Below are positions 8,488 through 18,002 of a DNA stretch of 64,000 nucleotides, in pieces. The DNA is from Sphingobacteriaceae bacterium (GTDB lineage: Bacteria > Bacteroidota > Bacteroidia > Sphingobacteriales > Sphingobacteriaceae), in assembly GCA_046074105.1 (NCBI GenBank), contig JBJTNQ010000046.1:1478-65477 (forward strand), given 5' to 3'. Position numbers and translations under genes: made by a program. Position 1 is the first letter of the stretch; each line of letters opens with the position of its first letter. Below the pieces are notes generated by a model, which did no database searches, was not told the DNA's origin, and saw only the letters and a list, made by a program, of their open reading frames with translations.

Positions 8488-9588
8488 TTATACGTTGAAA
8501 CGGAAGTGCATGATGTCTCCGTCTTCCACAATATAAGTTTTACCTTCTACACCCAGCTTGCCGGCTTCTTTGCAAGCATTTTCTGAGCCCAAACTAATAT
8601 AATCGTTGTATTTAATGACCTCGGCACGGATACATCCTTTTTCGAAATCGGTATGGATAACGCCTGCGGCCTGCGGGGCGGTCCAGCCTTTTTCAATGGT
8701 CCAGGCTCTTACCTCTTGCACACCAGCGGTAAAATAGGTGGCCAAGTTGAGGAGTTTATAAGCAGCTTTGATGAGTTTATTTACGCCCGATTCTGCCAAT
8801 CCGAGGTCTTCTAAGAACAATTGACGTTCTTCGTAGCTTTCGAGTTCGGCAATTTCGGATTCTATTTTTGCTGAAATAACTAATACTTCGGCATTTTCAT
8901 CTTTTACGGCCTCACGTACACGATCTACATAGGAGTTTCCGGTGTTTACGGAGTTTTCGTCTACATTGCATACATACATTACCGGCTTGGCAGTTAGCAG
9001 GAACAGATCGGCAAGGTAGTCCTGATCTTCGATAGAGATAGGTGCAGTACGTACAGATTTACCAGATTCTAAATGGCTTTTTACAACAAGGCAAACTTCA
9101 TAAGACTTTTTAGCGTCTTTATCATTGCCGGTTTTAGCCATTTTTTCTACTTTTTGTATTTTTTTCACCACCGCATCCAAATCTTTTAGCTGCAGCTCGG
9201 TATCAATAATTTCTTTATCTCGAATGGGGTCTACCGATCCATCTACGTGAATAACGTTAGTATCATCGAAACAACGTAGTACGTGAATAATGGCATCAGT
9301 AGCTCTTATATTTCCTAAGAACTGATTACCCAGCCCCTCGCCTTTACTAGCTCCTTTTACTAAGCCGGCAATGTCTACAATTTCGATGGTATTGGGCAGT
9401 ATGCGTTGTGGCTTTACCAGTTCAGCCAGTTTGGTAAGGCGTTCATCGGGTACGGTTATTACTCCCACGTTTGGCTCTATAGTACAAAATGGAAAGTTTG
9501 CCGCCTGTGCCTTAGCGTTTGATAAGCAATTAAATAAAGTCGATTTACCTACGTTAGGTAGTCCTACTATTCCGCATTGTAATGCCAT
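8488..9588 (-). CDS. ychF: redox-regulated ATPase YchF
   Basis: 366 aa. GIVGLPNVGKST P-loop and TGS-like C-terminus, with full-length YchF resemblance. Confidence 0.95.
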   Translation of the reverse strand: MALQCGIVGLPNVGKSTLFNCLSNAKAQAANFPFCTIEPNVGVITVPDERLTKLAELVKPQRILPNTIEIVDIAGLVKGASKGEGLGNQFLGNIRATDAIIHVLRCFDDTNVIHVDGSVDPIRDKEIIDTELQLKDLDAVVKKIQKVEKMAKTGNDKDAKKSYEVCLVVKSHLESGKSVRTAPISIEDQDYLADLFLLTAKPVMYVCNVDENSVNTGNSYVDRVREAVKDENAEVLVISAKIESEIAELESYEERQLFLEDLGLAESGVNKLIKAAYKLLNLATYFTAGVQEVRAWTIEKGWTAPQAAGVIHTDFEKGCIRAEVIKYNDYISLGSENACKEAGKLGVEGKTYIVEDGDIMHFRFNV

Positions 9589-9617
9589 GGATGGTTATTT
9601 TTTGGTTTGAATTGGCG

Positions 9618-9625
9618 CAAAGATA
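9618..9625 (-). promoter_or_regulatory. candidate -7 box TATCTTTG (followed by CGCC) for ychF
   Basis: Matches TAnnTTTG, 30 nt upstream of the ATG. Confidence 0.4.
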
Positions 9626-9690
9626 GAAATTATGGCCTTGAATGAAAGAAAGCGTGTATACAGACGTTAATATTATTTAAATAATTGTTT

Positions 9691-10101
9691 ATGGAAACAG
9701 GAACTAAACTGAACCTAATGGCTTTGGCTAAATGGGCTAAAGTATTTTCTATCATTATCTTTTGTCTATTTGGAGCGTATTTAATGTATGCTTTATTTGT
9801 ATTTAAAAAAATGTACGATCTGGTTGGATCCATGAACAACATGAGCATTTTTACGGGTTTTGTAAATATTATTTTTATGCTGTTGGGCTTACTCTGTGTA
9901 ATTATTTTAATATTTCCTACCAGCTGGCTACATCAATTTGGCAAGCTGGGCCAAAGGGCTGCTTTGTTAAATGATGAGACGATCGCTGAACAGGCTTTAC
10001 ATAAATTAAAAATGGTATTCAGGTTTTGTAGTATTTGTTTACTGGCAGCATCTTTTATTATTACGTTGTTTACCGCTTGGTGGATGCTGGTTGATTTTTA
10101 A
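9691..10101 (+). CDS. hypothetical membrane protein
   Basis: About 136 aa from ATG 9691 (the ORF-track TTG is at 9685). Four hydrophobic segments. Confidence 0.5.
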   Translation: METGTKLNLMALAKWAKVFSIIIFCLFGAYLMYALFVFKKMYDLVGSMNNMSIFTGFVNIIFMLLGLLCVIILIFPTSWLHQFGKLGQRAALLNDETIAEQALHKLKMVFRFCSICLLAASFIITLFTAWWMLVDF

Positions 10102-10106
10102 ACATC

Positions 10107-10132
10107 AAAAGCCACCCCGAGGGGCGGCTTTT
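10107..10132. terminator. bidirectional rho-independent terminator
   Basis: AAAAGCCACCCC-GA-GGGGCGGCTTTT. Confidence 0.6.
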
Positions 10133-10158
10133 GAATAGGTTTGGTTAGTTGGTTTGGA

Positions 10159-10491
10159 TTAAATATCGAAATTGAAATCGTCGTCGGAAACCTTGGTAGT
10201 TTCTGATGGATTTTCTGAGTATTCGTATCTTTTTTCTACTACTTCCTGGTTTGCTTTTACGTAATCAACAGTTTCTTTTAACCCTTCGGCAAACTTTTCG
10301 AAGTCTTCTTTATACAGAAATATTTTGTGTTTAATGAATACGCCATCTTCTAATCGCTTTTTGCTTTCGGTGATGGTAATGTAGTAGTCGTTAGATCGTG
10401 TTGCCTTAACATCAAAAAAATAGGTGCGTTTTCCGGCTCTTACTTTTTTGGAATGAACCTCTTCCCGCTCTTTGTTGTCAAAATCTCCCAT
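10159..10491 (-). CDS. PUR-alpha-like nucleic-acid-binding protein (DUF3276)
   Basis: 110 aa. VRAGKRTYFFDVKATRSNDYYITITESK is the conserved DUF3276/PUR repeat block. Confidence 0.75.
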   Translation of the reverse strand: MGDFDNKEREEVHSKKVRAGKRTYFFDVKATRSNDYYITITESKKRLEDGVFIKHKIFLYKEDFEKFAEGLKETVDYVKANQEVVEKRYEYSENPSETTKVSDDDFNFDI

Positions 10492-10589
10492 ATTGGTTAT
10501 CGTTTGTTTTTTTTTAAATATTGACTATCGTAAATATAAATGATTAAAATTCTAATTTCCAAAAAAGAAAGTGCTTAATCTTTAGGCTT

Positions 10590-12368
10590 TTATTGTTCTT
10601 CTTCTAATAATTGCTTTTGATAGAGTTCAAAATAGCTCCCGCGATGCTTTATCAGCTCCTTATGACTTCCTCTTTCAACAACACGTCCTTCATCCATTAC
10701 CAATATATGGTCGGCATTTTTAATACTCGAAATTCTATGGGCAACAAGTAATGTGGTCTTATTATTCATAATACGGCCTAGGTTCTTCAGTATTTCTTCT
10801 TCTGTTCGGGTATCTACAGCCGAGAGGGAGTCATCAAAAAGTAGAATTTGAGGCTGCTTAATTAATGCTCTGGCAATAGAAACACGTTGTTTTTGTCCAA
10901 CCGAAAGAGTAATTCCCCGCTCTCCGATCAGGGTTTGATAACCATTTTCGAATGCGGCAATGTTTTGGTGTACGGCGGCATCTTTAGCGGCTTGCTCTAT
11001 CAGATCCGCTTTGCCTACATCAACACCAAAAGCTATATTATTAGCTATGGTATCTGAAAAAAGGAATACTTCTTGCGGCACAAAGCCTAATTGGTTGCGG
11101 TAATGGTTTAAATGATAATTACCTATGGGCTCGCCGTCTATCAATATTGCTCCGGCATCGGCATCATACATCCTCATAATTAAATTAGCCAATGTAGATT
11201 TTCCCGAACCGGTTTTACCAATAATAGCGAGAAATTCGCCAGGCTTTACTTCAAAGGAAACCTGATCTAATGCTTTAATGCCCGTATCGGGATAAGTAAA
11301 GCTCACATTTTTAAATTCTATGTGTCCTTGTATGTCTTTTTGCAAAGGTCCGCTGAGTATTTCGGGCTGGGTTTGCAGAAATTCATTAATGCGTTTTTGT
11401 GAGGCTGCTGCTCTTTGTATAAGCGAGGTTACCCAGCCTAATGACATGACCGGAAAGGTTAGCTGGTTTACATATACTACGAATTCTGCTATGTTTCCGG
11501 GGCTGATGGTGCCTTTCATTACCTCCAGACCGCCTATATAAACGGTAATAATGGTACTTAAGCCTACCAATAAAAGCATAATCGGGAAAAATAAGGCCTG
11601 CACCTTTACTAAGTCCATGGAATGGGCTTGGTATTGCCGGCTTTGTTCGGCAAATTTAGCCTGCACTTGTTCTTCTCTTACATAAGATTTAATGACCCTG
11701 ATACCTGAAAAGGTTTCCTGCACAAAACTGGATAGCTTGGAGAGCTGCTGCTGTATGCGTTCGCTGCGGGAATTAATAACACTGTTTACCGAATAAATGG
11801 TGAGGGCTAAAATGGGTAAAGGTAAAATACTTAAAATAGCGAGCTTAAGGTTTACGCTAATCATGGCGTATATGATGAGTACAAACAGCACGGTGGTATT
11901 AATGGTGTACATGATGGCCGGACCCAGGTACATACGAACACGACTTACATCTTCGGTTACGCGGTTCATTAAATCGCCAGTATTGTTTCGGCGAAAGAAT
12001 GACATGGACAGCTGCTGGTAATGTTCGTAGATCTCGTTTTTAAGGTCGTATTCTATATGCCTGGACATGAGAATAATGGTTTGCCGCATAAAGAATAAAA
12101 ATATCCCCCGAAGGAGGGCTAATAACAATACGGTTATACCGAAAAACAGCAGGCTGTACCCAAATAGCTGGTAAACGAGTTCCTGGCGGTTAAAGCCGGT
12201 AAACAAGCGGTAAAGGTTAATATTTTCTGTTACCAGATCGAAGGAGATGCGAATTACCTGTGCCGGTAAAACACCAAATAAGTTAGAGATAACCACAAAA
12301 ATAACTCCCGGCAATAAGCGCCATCGGTATTTATAGAAAAACTTATTTAGGTAAGCCAGGTGTTTCAT
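10590..12368 (-). CDS. ABC transporter permease/ATP-binding fusion (MsbA-like exporter)
   Basis: 592 aa. Six-TM domain, Walker A GKTGSGKST, signature LSVGQKQR, Walker B LLFDD. Confidence 0.9.
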   Translation of the reverse strand: MKHLAYLNKFFYKYRWRLLPGVIFVVISNLFGVLPAQVIRISFDLVTENINLYRLFTGFNRQELVYQLFGYSLLFFGITVLLLALLRGIFLFFMRQTIILMSRHIEYDLKNEIYEHYQQLSMSFFRRNNTGDLMNRVTEDVSRVRMYLGPAIMYTINTTVLFVLIIYAMISVNLKLAILSILPLPILALTIYSVNSVINSRSERIQQQLSKLSSFVQETFSGIRVIKSYVREEQVQAKFAEQSRQYQAHSMDLVKVQALFFPIMLLLVGLSTIITVYIGGLEVMKGTISPGNIAEFVVYVNQLTFPVMSLGWVTSLIQRAAASQKRINEFLQTQPEILSGPLQKDIQGHIEFKNVSFTYPDTGIKALDQVSFEVKPGEFLAIIGKTGSGKSTLANLIMRMYDADAGAILIDGEPIGNYHLNHYRNQLGFVPQEVFLFSDTIANNIAFGVDVGKADLIEQAAKDAAVHQNIAAFENGYQTLIGERGITLSVGQKQRVSIARALIKQPQILLFDDSLSAVDTRTEEEILKNLGRIMNNKTTLLVAHRISSIKNADHILVMDEGRVVERGSHKELIKHRGSYFELYQKQLLEEEQ

Positions 12369-12400
12369 GAATGTGGTAAAAATACATTTTTAGTATGGAG

Positions 12401-12435
12401 TTGCGGATGGTAAGTTGTGAGAAAATAGTTGACCG
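12401..12435 (-). repeat. weak heptamer array (TTGCGGA TGGTAAG TTGTGAG AAAATAG TTGACCG on the + strand)
   Basis: TTG recurs every 14 nt. Its reverse complement CTCACAACTTACCATCCGCAA resembles the valS and tRNA-Arg copies. Confidence 0.4.
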
Positions 12436-12470
12436 TTCGGAACGGTAGAATATAAGGTTGAGACTATTCT

Positions 12471-12499
12471 TTTGCTGGCGGTATTTTTTACTACTTTTG
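12471..12499 (+). promoter_or_regulatory. candidate promoter: -33 TTTG (12471-12474) and -7 TACTTTTG (12492-12499)
   Basis: 17-nt spacing fits the Bacteroides/Flavobacterium consensus. 32 nt upstream of the ATG at 12532. Confidence 0.45.
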
Positions 12500-12531
12500 C
12501 TAAACCATTTTAAAGCTAAAAGTCATCCTCT

Positions 12532-13620
12532 ATGCCCGGCATCTCGTTAGAGAATAATTCGATATTTACCCAAATGAGCCAGTTTGGGCACCAAAACGTA
12601 GTTTTCTGCAAAGACGCAGACACAGGCCTGAAAGCCATTATTGCCATTCATGACACTACTTTGGGGCCTGCCTTGGGCGGCACCCGTATGTGGAGCTATA
12701 AAACTGAAGAGGAGGCTTTGCAGGATGTTTTGCGTTTATCGAGAGGGATGACCTATAAGGCCGCCATTTCTGGATTAAACCTGGGCGGCGGTAATGCGGT
12801 TATCATCGGCGACAGCCGTACCGAGAAAACAGAAGCCATGATGCGTCGCTACGGTAAGTTTATTAATAACCTGAATGGGGCTTTTATTACTGCAGAGGAT
12901 GTGGGTACGAATCCGAGAGATATGGAGTATATCCGCATGGAAACGAAATATGTTACCGGTGTGCCCGAATCGTTGGGCGGCAGCGGCGACCCCTCGCCTA
13001 TTTCGGCAAAGGGTGTTTTTATGGGTATTAAGGCTTGCGTAAAGGAGCTTTTTGGGAACGATAGCCTGGCGGGTAAATCTGTTGCAGTGCAGGGCATTGG
13101 GCATGTGGGCGAAATTCTGGTTCATTTATTACGTGAAGAAAAAGCCAAGGTTTATGTAAGTGATATTGATGAGGAACGCCTAAGCCAGGTGGCTAAAAAA
13201 TATGGTGCCGAGGCGGTGTCTAATCACAATCTTTTTGATCTGGATGTTGATATTTATGCACCTTGTGCATTAGGTGCAACGGTAAATACAGAAACCATTG
13301 GGAAAATGAAATGTGCCATCATTGCCGGATCGGCCAATAATCAGCTGGCGGACGAGAAGGTTCACGGAAAATTATTACTGGAGAAAGGTATATTATATGC
13401 TCCTGATTATCTGATTAATGCCGGCGGTTTAATTAATTGCTATTCTGAAATTGCCGGATACAGTAAGAAGCGTACCATGCAGTTGGCCGAAAATATTTAC
13501 GAGGCCACCCGTACGGTATTACAAAAATCGAAGGCGGAGAATATCCCTACGATTGAAGCAGCAAATAAAATTGCTGAAAAACGAATTGAAGACATTAAAA
13601 AAATTAAAGCTAGTTTCTAA
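12532..13620 (+). CDS. Leu/Phe/Val (leucine-type) dehydrogenase
   Basis: 362 aa. GPALGGTRMW, KAAISGLNLGGG and GxGxVG NAD fold. Confidence 0.9.
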   Translation: MPGISLENNSIFTQMSQFGHQNVVFCKDADTGLKAIIAIHDTTLGPALGGTRMWSYKTEEEALQDVLRLSRGMTYKAAISGLNLGGGNAVIIGDSRTEKTEAMMRRYGKFINNLNGAFITAEDVGTNPRDMEYIRMETKYVTGVPESLGGSGDPSPISAKGVFMGIKACVKELFGNDSLAGKSVAVQGIGHVGEILVHLLREEKAKVYVSDIDEERLSQVAKKYGAEAVSNHNLFDLDVDIYAPCALGATVNTETIGKMKCAIIAGSANNQLADEKVHGKLLLEKGILYAPDYLINAGGLINCYSEIAGYSKKRTMQLAENIYEATRTVLQKSKAENIPTIEAANKIAEKRIEDIKKIKASF

Positions 13621-13656
13621 TTATACCGGTTTTTTATAACCATATCGTTCTTTATC

Positions 13657-14604
13657 ATGTTAAATAGAAGGCAACTCAGGGTAAAAGTTTTACAGGTTTT
13701 ATATGCTTATCAGCAGGCAGATAACAAAGAAGTTAAACTCTTTGAAAAAGCACTGCTCAAGGATATTAATTCGGTAAGCGAAATGTATTTTTATGCGCTT
13801 TCTTTATTGATAAAGGTTGCCGATTATAGCCTGATAGATGCTGAAGATAGGGCTAACAAGCATTTACCAAGTGCTGAGGATCTGAACGCTCCTACCAAAC
13901 TGAGCGACAATTTATTTATTGAGGCTTTACGAAATCACCCGAAATATGTAGAGGGACTAAAGCAGTTTAAAGTGAGTTGGGATTTTGAGCCTATTATTGA
14001 TAAGACTATTTTCTCTTTCCTTAAAAATGCTGAAGAGTATACCGATTATTTAAAGGCTAAAGAGCACACCATCCATTCTGATAAAGAGATCATCAAATAT
14101 ATTTTCCGCAAAATAATTCTTAAAAATCCCGCTATTGAGCAAATTTTTGAAGAGAAATTCATTAACTGGCCAGTGGATAAAGAGGTTTTAAAAGCCATGA
14201 TGGCCAAAACCTTTAAGGGTTTTAACGGACCGGATGCGGGCTCTAATCAATTGGCTTTTTTACTGCAGAACGAAAAAGAAGACCGGGAATTCGTGATAGA
14301 TCTACTGAATAAGAGCATTGCTCATGCAGATGAATACCTGGGCTATATTGACAAAAAGACCAAGAACTGGGATGCGGAACGTATTGCTTTAATGGATATT
14401 TTGCTCATGCAGATGGCTATTGCCGAATTAGTTCATTTTTCATCTATTCCGGTTAAAGTAACCATTAATGAGTATCTGGAAATTGCAAAAGAATTCAGCA
14501 CACCAAAAAGCAATAGCTTTATTAATGGTATTTTAGATAAAATTTTGGCTGATCTGAAAGCAGAGAAAAAAATTCAGAAATTTGGACGTGGATTAATTGA
14601 ATAA
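13657..14604 (+). CDS. nusB: transcription antitermination factor NusB (long Bacteroidota form)
   Basis: 315 aa. The C-terminal NusB fold ends ..INGILDKI. Confidence 0.85.
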   Translation: MLNRRQLRVKVLQVLYAYQQADNKEVKLFEKALLKDINSVSEMYFYALSLLIKVADYSLIDAEDRANKHLPSAEDLNAPTKLSDNLFIEALRNHPKYVEGLKQFKVSWDFEPIIDKTIFSFLKNAEEYTDYLKAKEHTIHSDKEIIKYIFRKIILKNPAIEQIFEEKFINWPVDKEVLKAMMAKTFKGFNGPDAGSNQLAFLLQNEKEDREFVIDLLNKSIAHADEYLGYIDKKTKNWDAERIALMDILLMQMAIAELVHFSSIPVKVTINEYLEIAKEFSTPKSNSFINGILDKILADLKAEKKIQKFGRGLIE

Positions 14605-14608
14605 CATC

Positions 14609-15037
14609 ATGAAAAACTTCATTCTTTTATTGTTTGTACTACTGGCATTTACGGCCTGCAAGCAAAGCAGCGAAAGCAATACTAGTGAAACTGCGGCTGT
14701 TGTAGACTCTGCCACCGCACCTATTATGAGTTTCGAAAAAGAATCGTATGATTTTGGGCAAATTACGGAGGGTGAGCGTGTGGCTTACGATTTTTACTTT
14801 ACCAATACAGGCAAAACACCACTTATAATTACCAGTGCTGCTGCTACCTGCGGCTGTACGGTTCCTGAATATCCAAGAGAAGCCGTTGAACCAGGGCAAA
14901 AAGGCCATATTCATGTGGTTTTTAACAGTACCGGCAAATCGGGCATGCAGAACAAAGTAGTTACCTTAACGGCCAATACTTATACCGGCACACAAGAACT
15001 TCATTTAATTGGAGATGTAAAACCTAAAAACAATTAA
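14609..15037 (+). CDS. DUF1573 domain lipoprotein
   Basis: ATG 14609 gives MKNFILLLFVLLAFTAC (lipobox). FDFGQI..G and CGCT motifs of DUF1573. Confidence 0.8.
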   Translation: MKNFILLLFVLLAFTACKQSSESNTSETAAVVDSATAPIMSFEKESYDFGQITEGERVAYDFYFTNTGKTPLIITSAAATCGCTVPEYPREAVEPGQKGHIHVVFNSTGKSGMQNKVVTLTANTYTGTQELHLIGDVKPKNN

Positions 15038-15047
15038 AAATAAACAT

Positions 15048-15359
15048 ATGTTAAATTCAATTTTATTACAAGCAGCTGCAGGATCGTCAATCATGCAATT
15101 TTTACCCATGATTTTAATCATTGTGGTATTTTATTTCTTCATGATCCGCCCTCAGATGAAAAAAGCTAAAGATCATAAGAAATTTATCGAGGAACTTAAA
15201 AAAGGAGATAAAGTAATTACTACTGCCGGAATTCATGGCAAAATTGTTGACCTGAATGAGACTACTTTTGTAATTGAAGTAGAAGGCGGCACTAAAATTC
15301 GTTTCGACAAATCGGCCGTTTCTTTAGATGCTTCTAAAACCCTAAATACGGAGAAATAA
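15048..15359 (+). CDS. yajC: preprotein translocase subunit YajC
   Basis: 103 aa. One TM helix followed by RPQMKKAK..L..GD.V.T..G..G. Confidence 0.9.
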   Translation: MLNSILLQAAAGSSIMQFLPMILIIVVFYFFMIRPQMKKAKDHKKFIEELKKGDKVITTAGIHGKIVDLNETTFVIEVEGGTKIRFDKSAVSLDASKTLNTEK

Positions 15360-15383
15360 AAAGGCAATTATTGCTAAAATGAA

Positions 15384-15414
15384 AAGTCCCGGTTAACCAT
15401 CCGGGACTTTTTTT
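15384..15414 (+). terminator. rho-independent terminator after yajC
   Basis: 9-bp stem AAGTCCCGG/CCGGGACTT followed by T7. Confidence 0.75.
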
Positions 15415-15517
15415 GGTTACTATTTAATGGTGGCACGACTTTGAGTTGTGCCACCACTATTTCACGTACTGTTCATTTGAACTCCAACACTTGCCAATAT
15501 TATGCTTAATTTTGGGC

Positions 15518-16465
15518 ATGGCCCGGCTAAAGCTCAACAAGGCAGAACAACGTAAATTGGTAATTTTCTTTACCTCGCTGGCTATGGCTACCATCCTGTG
15601 GCTTGCTTATGCACTTTCTAATCGTTATATCTATCCTGTTAAGTTGATTATAGAATGGACTGGAACAGCACATGCACGAAAATTCATTCCCCTGCAATCG
15701 ACCACATTAGACGCCAAAATGGAGGGTACCGGATGGCAGCTTTTATTTAGTAAAGTGGCCAATGAGAACCAGCGGGTAAAAATCAGCTTGCAATCTATAC
15801 ATCCGTCGGGGTATTTGGAACTAAAACCACTAATCTCCAGGCTGAGTAAGCAACTATCGGCCAACCAAAAAATTATCGCTATCCATCCCGATACCTTATT
15901 TTTTAATGAATCGGCGCTGGTTACCAAGCGGGTTCCGGTAAAGCTATTATATCAATTAGGTTTTGAACCTTATCATGGCCTCTCTGGCCATATCAAACTC
16001 AATCCGGCTTATGTCAGTGTTTCGGGCTCGGCAAAAGCCATCAGTGAACTCCATGTTGTAGAGACCCAAATTCTGAAAAAATCGGATTTGAATACCGATT
16101 TTACTCAATCGGTATTGATTAAGGATTATTCCGCACAAAAAATTCAGATCTATCCCGAACAAATACAGGTAAGCGCTCCTGTAAATATCTTTAGCGAAAA
16201 AGTTTTGGAACTACCGATACAAATTAGGAACAATCACGAAAAATTAAAGCTTAAACTTTTGCCAGAAAAAGTTAAAGTAACCATTTTGGTTGCTTTAAAT
16301 AATTACAAATACACTAAAGCAGAAGATTTTAATGCTTATGTTGATATTGCAAATGAACAATTAAAAAACCTAAACCAATTACCTATAAAATTTAGCCGAT
16401 TACCTAATTTTATAAAATTGATTAAAACAGAACCCCAAACAGTCGATTTTATTATCTATCCCTGA
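15518..16465 (+). CDS. YbbR-like domain protein (CdaR family)
   Basis: ATG 15518 (MARLKLNKAEQ.. then a TM helix). The GTG at 15446 lies inside hairpin 15429-15455. A TAATTTTG box sits at 15507-15514. Confidence 0.7.
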   Translation: MARLKLNKAEQRKLVIFFTSLAMATILWLAYALSNRYIYPVKLIIEWTGTAHARKFIPLQSTTLDAKMEGTGWQLLFSKVANENQRVKISLQSIHPSGYLELKPLISRLSKQLSANQKIIAIHPDTLFFNESALVTKRVPVKLLYQLGFEPYHGLSGHIKLNPAYVSVSGSAKAISELHVVETQILKKSDLNTDFTQSVLIKDYSAQKIQIYPEQIQVSAPVNIFSEKVLELPIQIRNNHEKLKLKLLPEKVKVTILVALNNYKYTKAEDFNAYVDIANEQLKNLNQLPIKFSRLPNFIKLIKTEPQTVDFIIYP

Positions 16466-17064
16466 TGCTAAAGATTGGAATTACCGGCGGAATAGGCAGC
16501 GGCAAGACCACGGTTGCCAAAGTGTTTGAGGTGTTAGGCATCCCTGTTTTTTATGCAGATCTGGTAGCCAAAGAGCTCATGCTTACTAACGTTAGATTAA
16601 GAAAAAACCTGGTGAATGCTTTTGGAAATGCCACCTACCGGGATGATGGTTCATTAAATCGCGAATACCTGGCTCAATTGGTCTTTTCTCAGCCAGAGGA
16701 ATTAGCCAAACTGAATGAGTTGGTACATCCGGCAGTATTTAAAGCTTTTGATGAGTGGGTAATGAAACAATCTTCGCCCTATGTGGTTAAAGAAGCAGCG
16801 TTACTTTTCGAAAGCGGATCATTTAAACTATGCGATTATACCCTTTTGGTCATATCGCCGGAAGAAATAAAAATAAAACGCCTGATGAAACGAGACCATG
16901 CAAAAAGGCAAGATATTTTAGCCCGAATGGCGAAACAAATGACGGACAAAGAAAAAGAAAAATTAGCTAATGAGGTGCTTATAAACAATGAGCAAAAACT
17001 CCTCATTCCACAAATATTAGCCTTACACCAGCAATTTCTTCAGGGAGGAATGAAGAAAGCATGA
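16465..17064 (+). CDS. coaE: dephospho-CoA kinase
   Basis: 199 aa. GITGGIGSGKTT P-loop. Start overlaps the upstream stop (TGATG). Confidence 0.9.
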   Translation: MLKIGITGGIGSGKTTVAKVFEVLGIPVFYADLVAKELMLTNVRLRKNLVNAFGNATYRDDGSLNREYLAQLVFSQPEELAKLNELVHPAVFKAFDEWVMKQSSPYVVKEAALLFESGSFKLCDYTLLVISPEEIKIKRLMKRDHAKRQDILARMAKQMTDKEKEKLANEVLINNEQKLLIPQILALHQQFLQGGMKKA

Positions 17065-18002
17065 TCCTGGCCGATTTCATTATTAAAACAGAAAAGGGTT
17101 TGTTCTGCCCTATCGGGAATTTCTATATAGATGCCCAGCAAGCAGTAGCCACCACGCTTATTTCGCATGCTCATGGCGACCACGCCTGCCGCGATAATCA
17201 GGAAATTTACTGTACGCCCGAAACCGCAGCCATTATGGAATTGCGTTATAAGAAAGCTGCCGGAAAATCTTTTTACACTAAAATTTACGGCGAAGATTTT
17301 CAAATCAATGGCATTAAAATCAGTTTTTACCCGGCGGGGCACATTTTGGGCTCAGCACAAATATTAATGGAATACCACGGTGTAAAATACCTTTATACCG
17401 GCGACTATAAGCTACAGCCTGATGAAACCTGCACGCCAATTGAATATTTAGAGGCCGATGTGCTGATTACCGAAAGCACCTTTGCCGACCCAAAAATTCT
17501 ACACCCCGATCCGGTGGAGGAAATAAAAAAACTAAATCAGCATGAGCAAAACGTACTTCTAGGGACTTATTCTTTAGGCAAAGCCCAGCGATTGATCCGC
17601 CTGATTAATGACCATTGCCCCCAGCGTAAAATACTACTACATTATAGCATTTTGCCTATTAGTAAACTGCATGAGCGGTTCGGTATTACACTCGGGAAAT
17701 ATGAGCCTTATAACCGGAAGTTAATGAAACATCCGGATCAGAATTATGTTTACCTGGTTCCGCCTATGACCTTTAACAGCTATTTCAGGGCGAATAATGT
17801 GTGTCGGGCGTTTGCTTCTGGATGGAAAAATTTACAAACAAATAACGACCTCCAACTCTTTATTTCAGACCACGTGGATTGGAATGATATTTTAAAAATG
17901 ATAGATCGGGTAAAACCACAAGAGATCTGGACTGTTCATGGAAATGGCAATCATCTAAAAAATCATTTTGAAAAGCAAATACCAATTAAGGCTTTAAATT
18001 AA
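17061..18002 (+). CDS. MBL-fold (beta-CASP-like) exonuclease resembling the ligase-associated DNA-damage-response exonuclease
   Basis: 313 aa. GLFCPIGNFYIDA..ISHAHGDHA..AGHILGSAQ..TGDYK..ITESTF. ATGA overlap with coaE. Confidence 0.7.
   Translation: MILADFIIKTEKGLFCPIGNFYIDAQQAVATTLISHAHGDHACRDNQEIYCTPETAAIMELRYKKAAGKSFYTKIYGEDFQINGIKISFYPAGHILGSAQILMEYHGVKYLYTGDYKLQPDETCTPIEYLEADVLITESTFADPKILHPDPVEEIKKLNQHEQNVLLGTYSLGKAQRLIRLINDHCPQRKILLHYSILPISKLHERFGITLGKYEPYNRKLMKHPDQNYVYLVPPMTFNSYFRANNVCRAFASGWKNLQTNNDLQLFISDHVDWNDILKMIDRVKPQEIWTVHGNGNHLKNHFEKQIPIKALN

Noticed and set aside
8231-8586. Track ORFs 8231-8476 (-), 8264-8452 (+) and 8389-8586 (+).
   Set aside because: They run through tRNA-Arg, the heptamer array or the ychF 3' end. 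Their peptides (e.g. ATRNRKTCNS) are simply the repeat translated.
15446-15517. GTG start at 15446 for the YbbR-like gene.
   Set aside because: The extension (MCHHYFTYCSFELQ..) starts inside hairpin 15429-15455 just after the yajC terminator. ATG 15518 is preceded by a -7-like box and gives a normal N-terminus.
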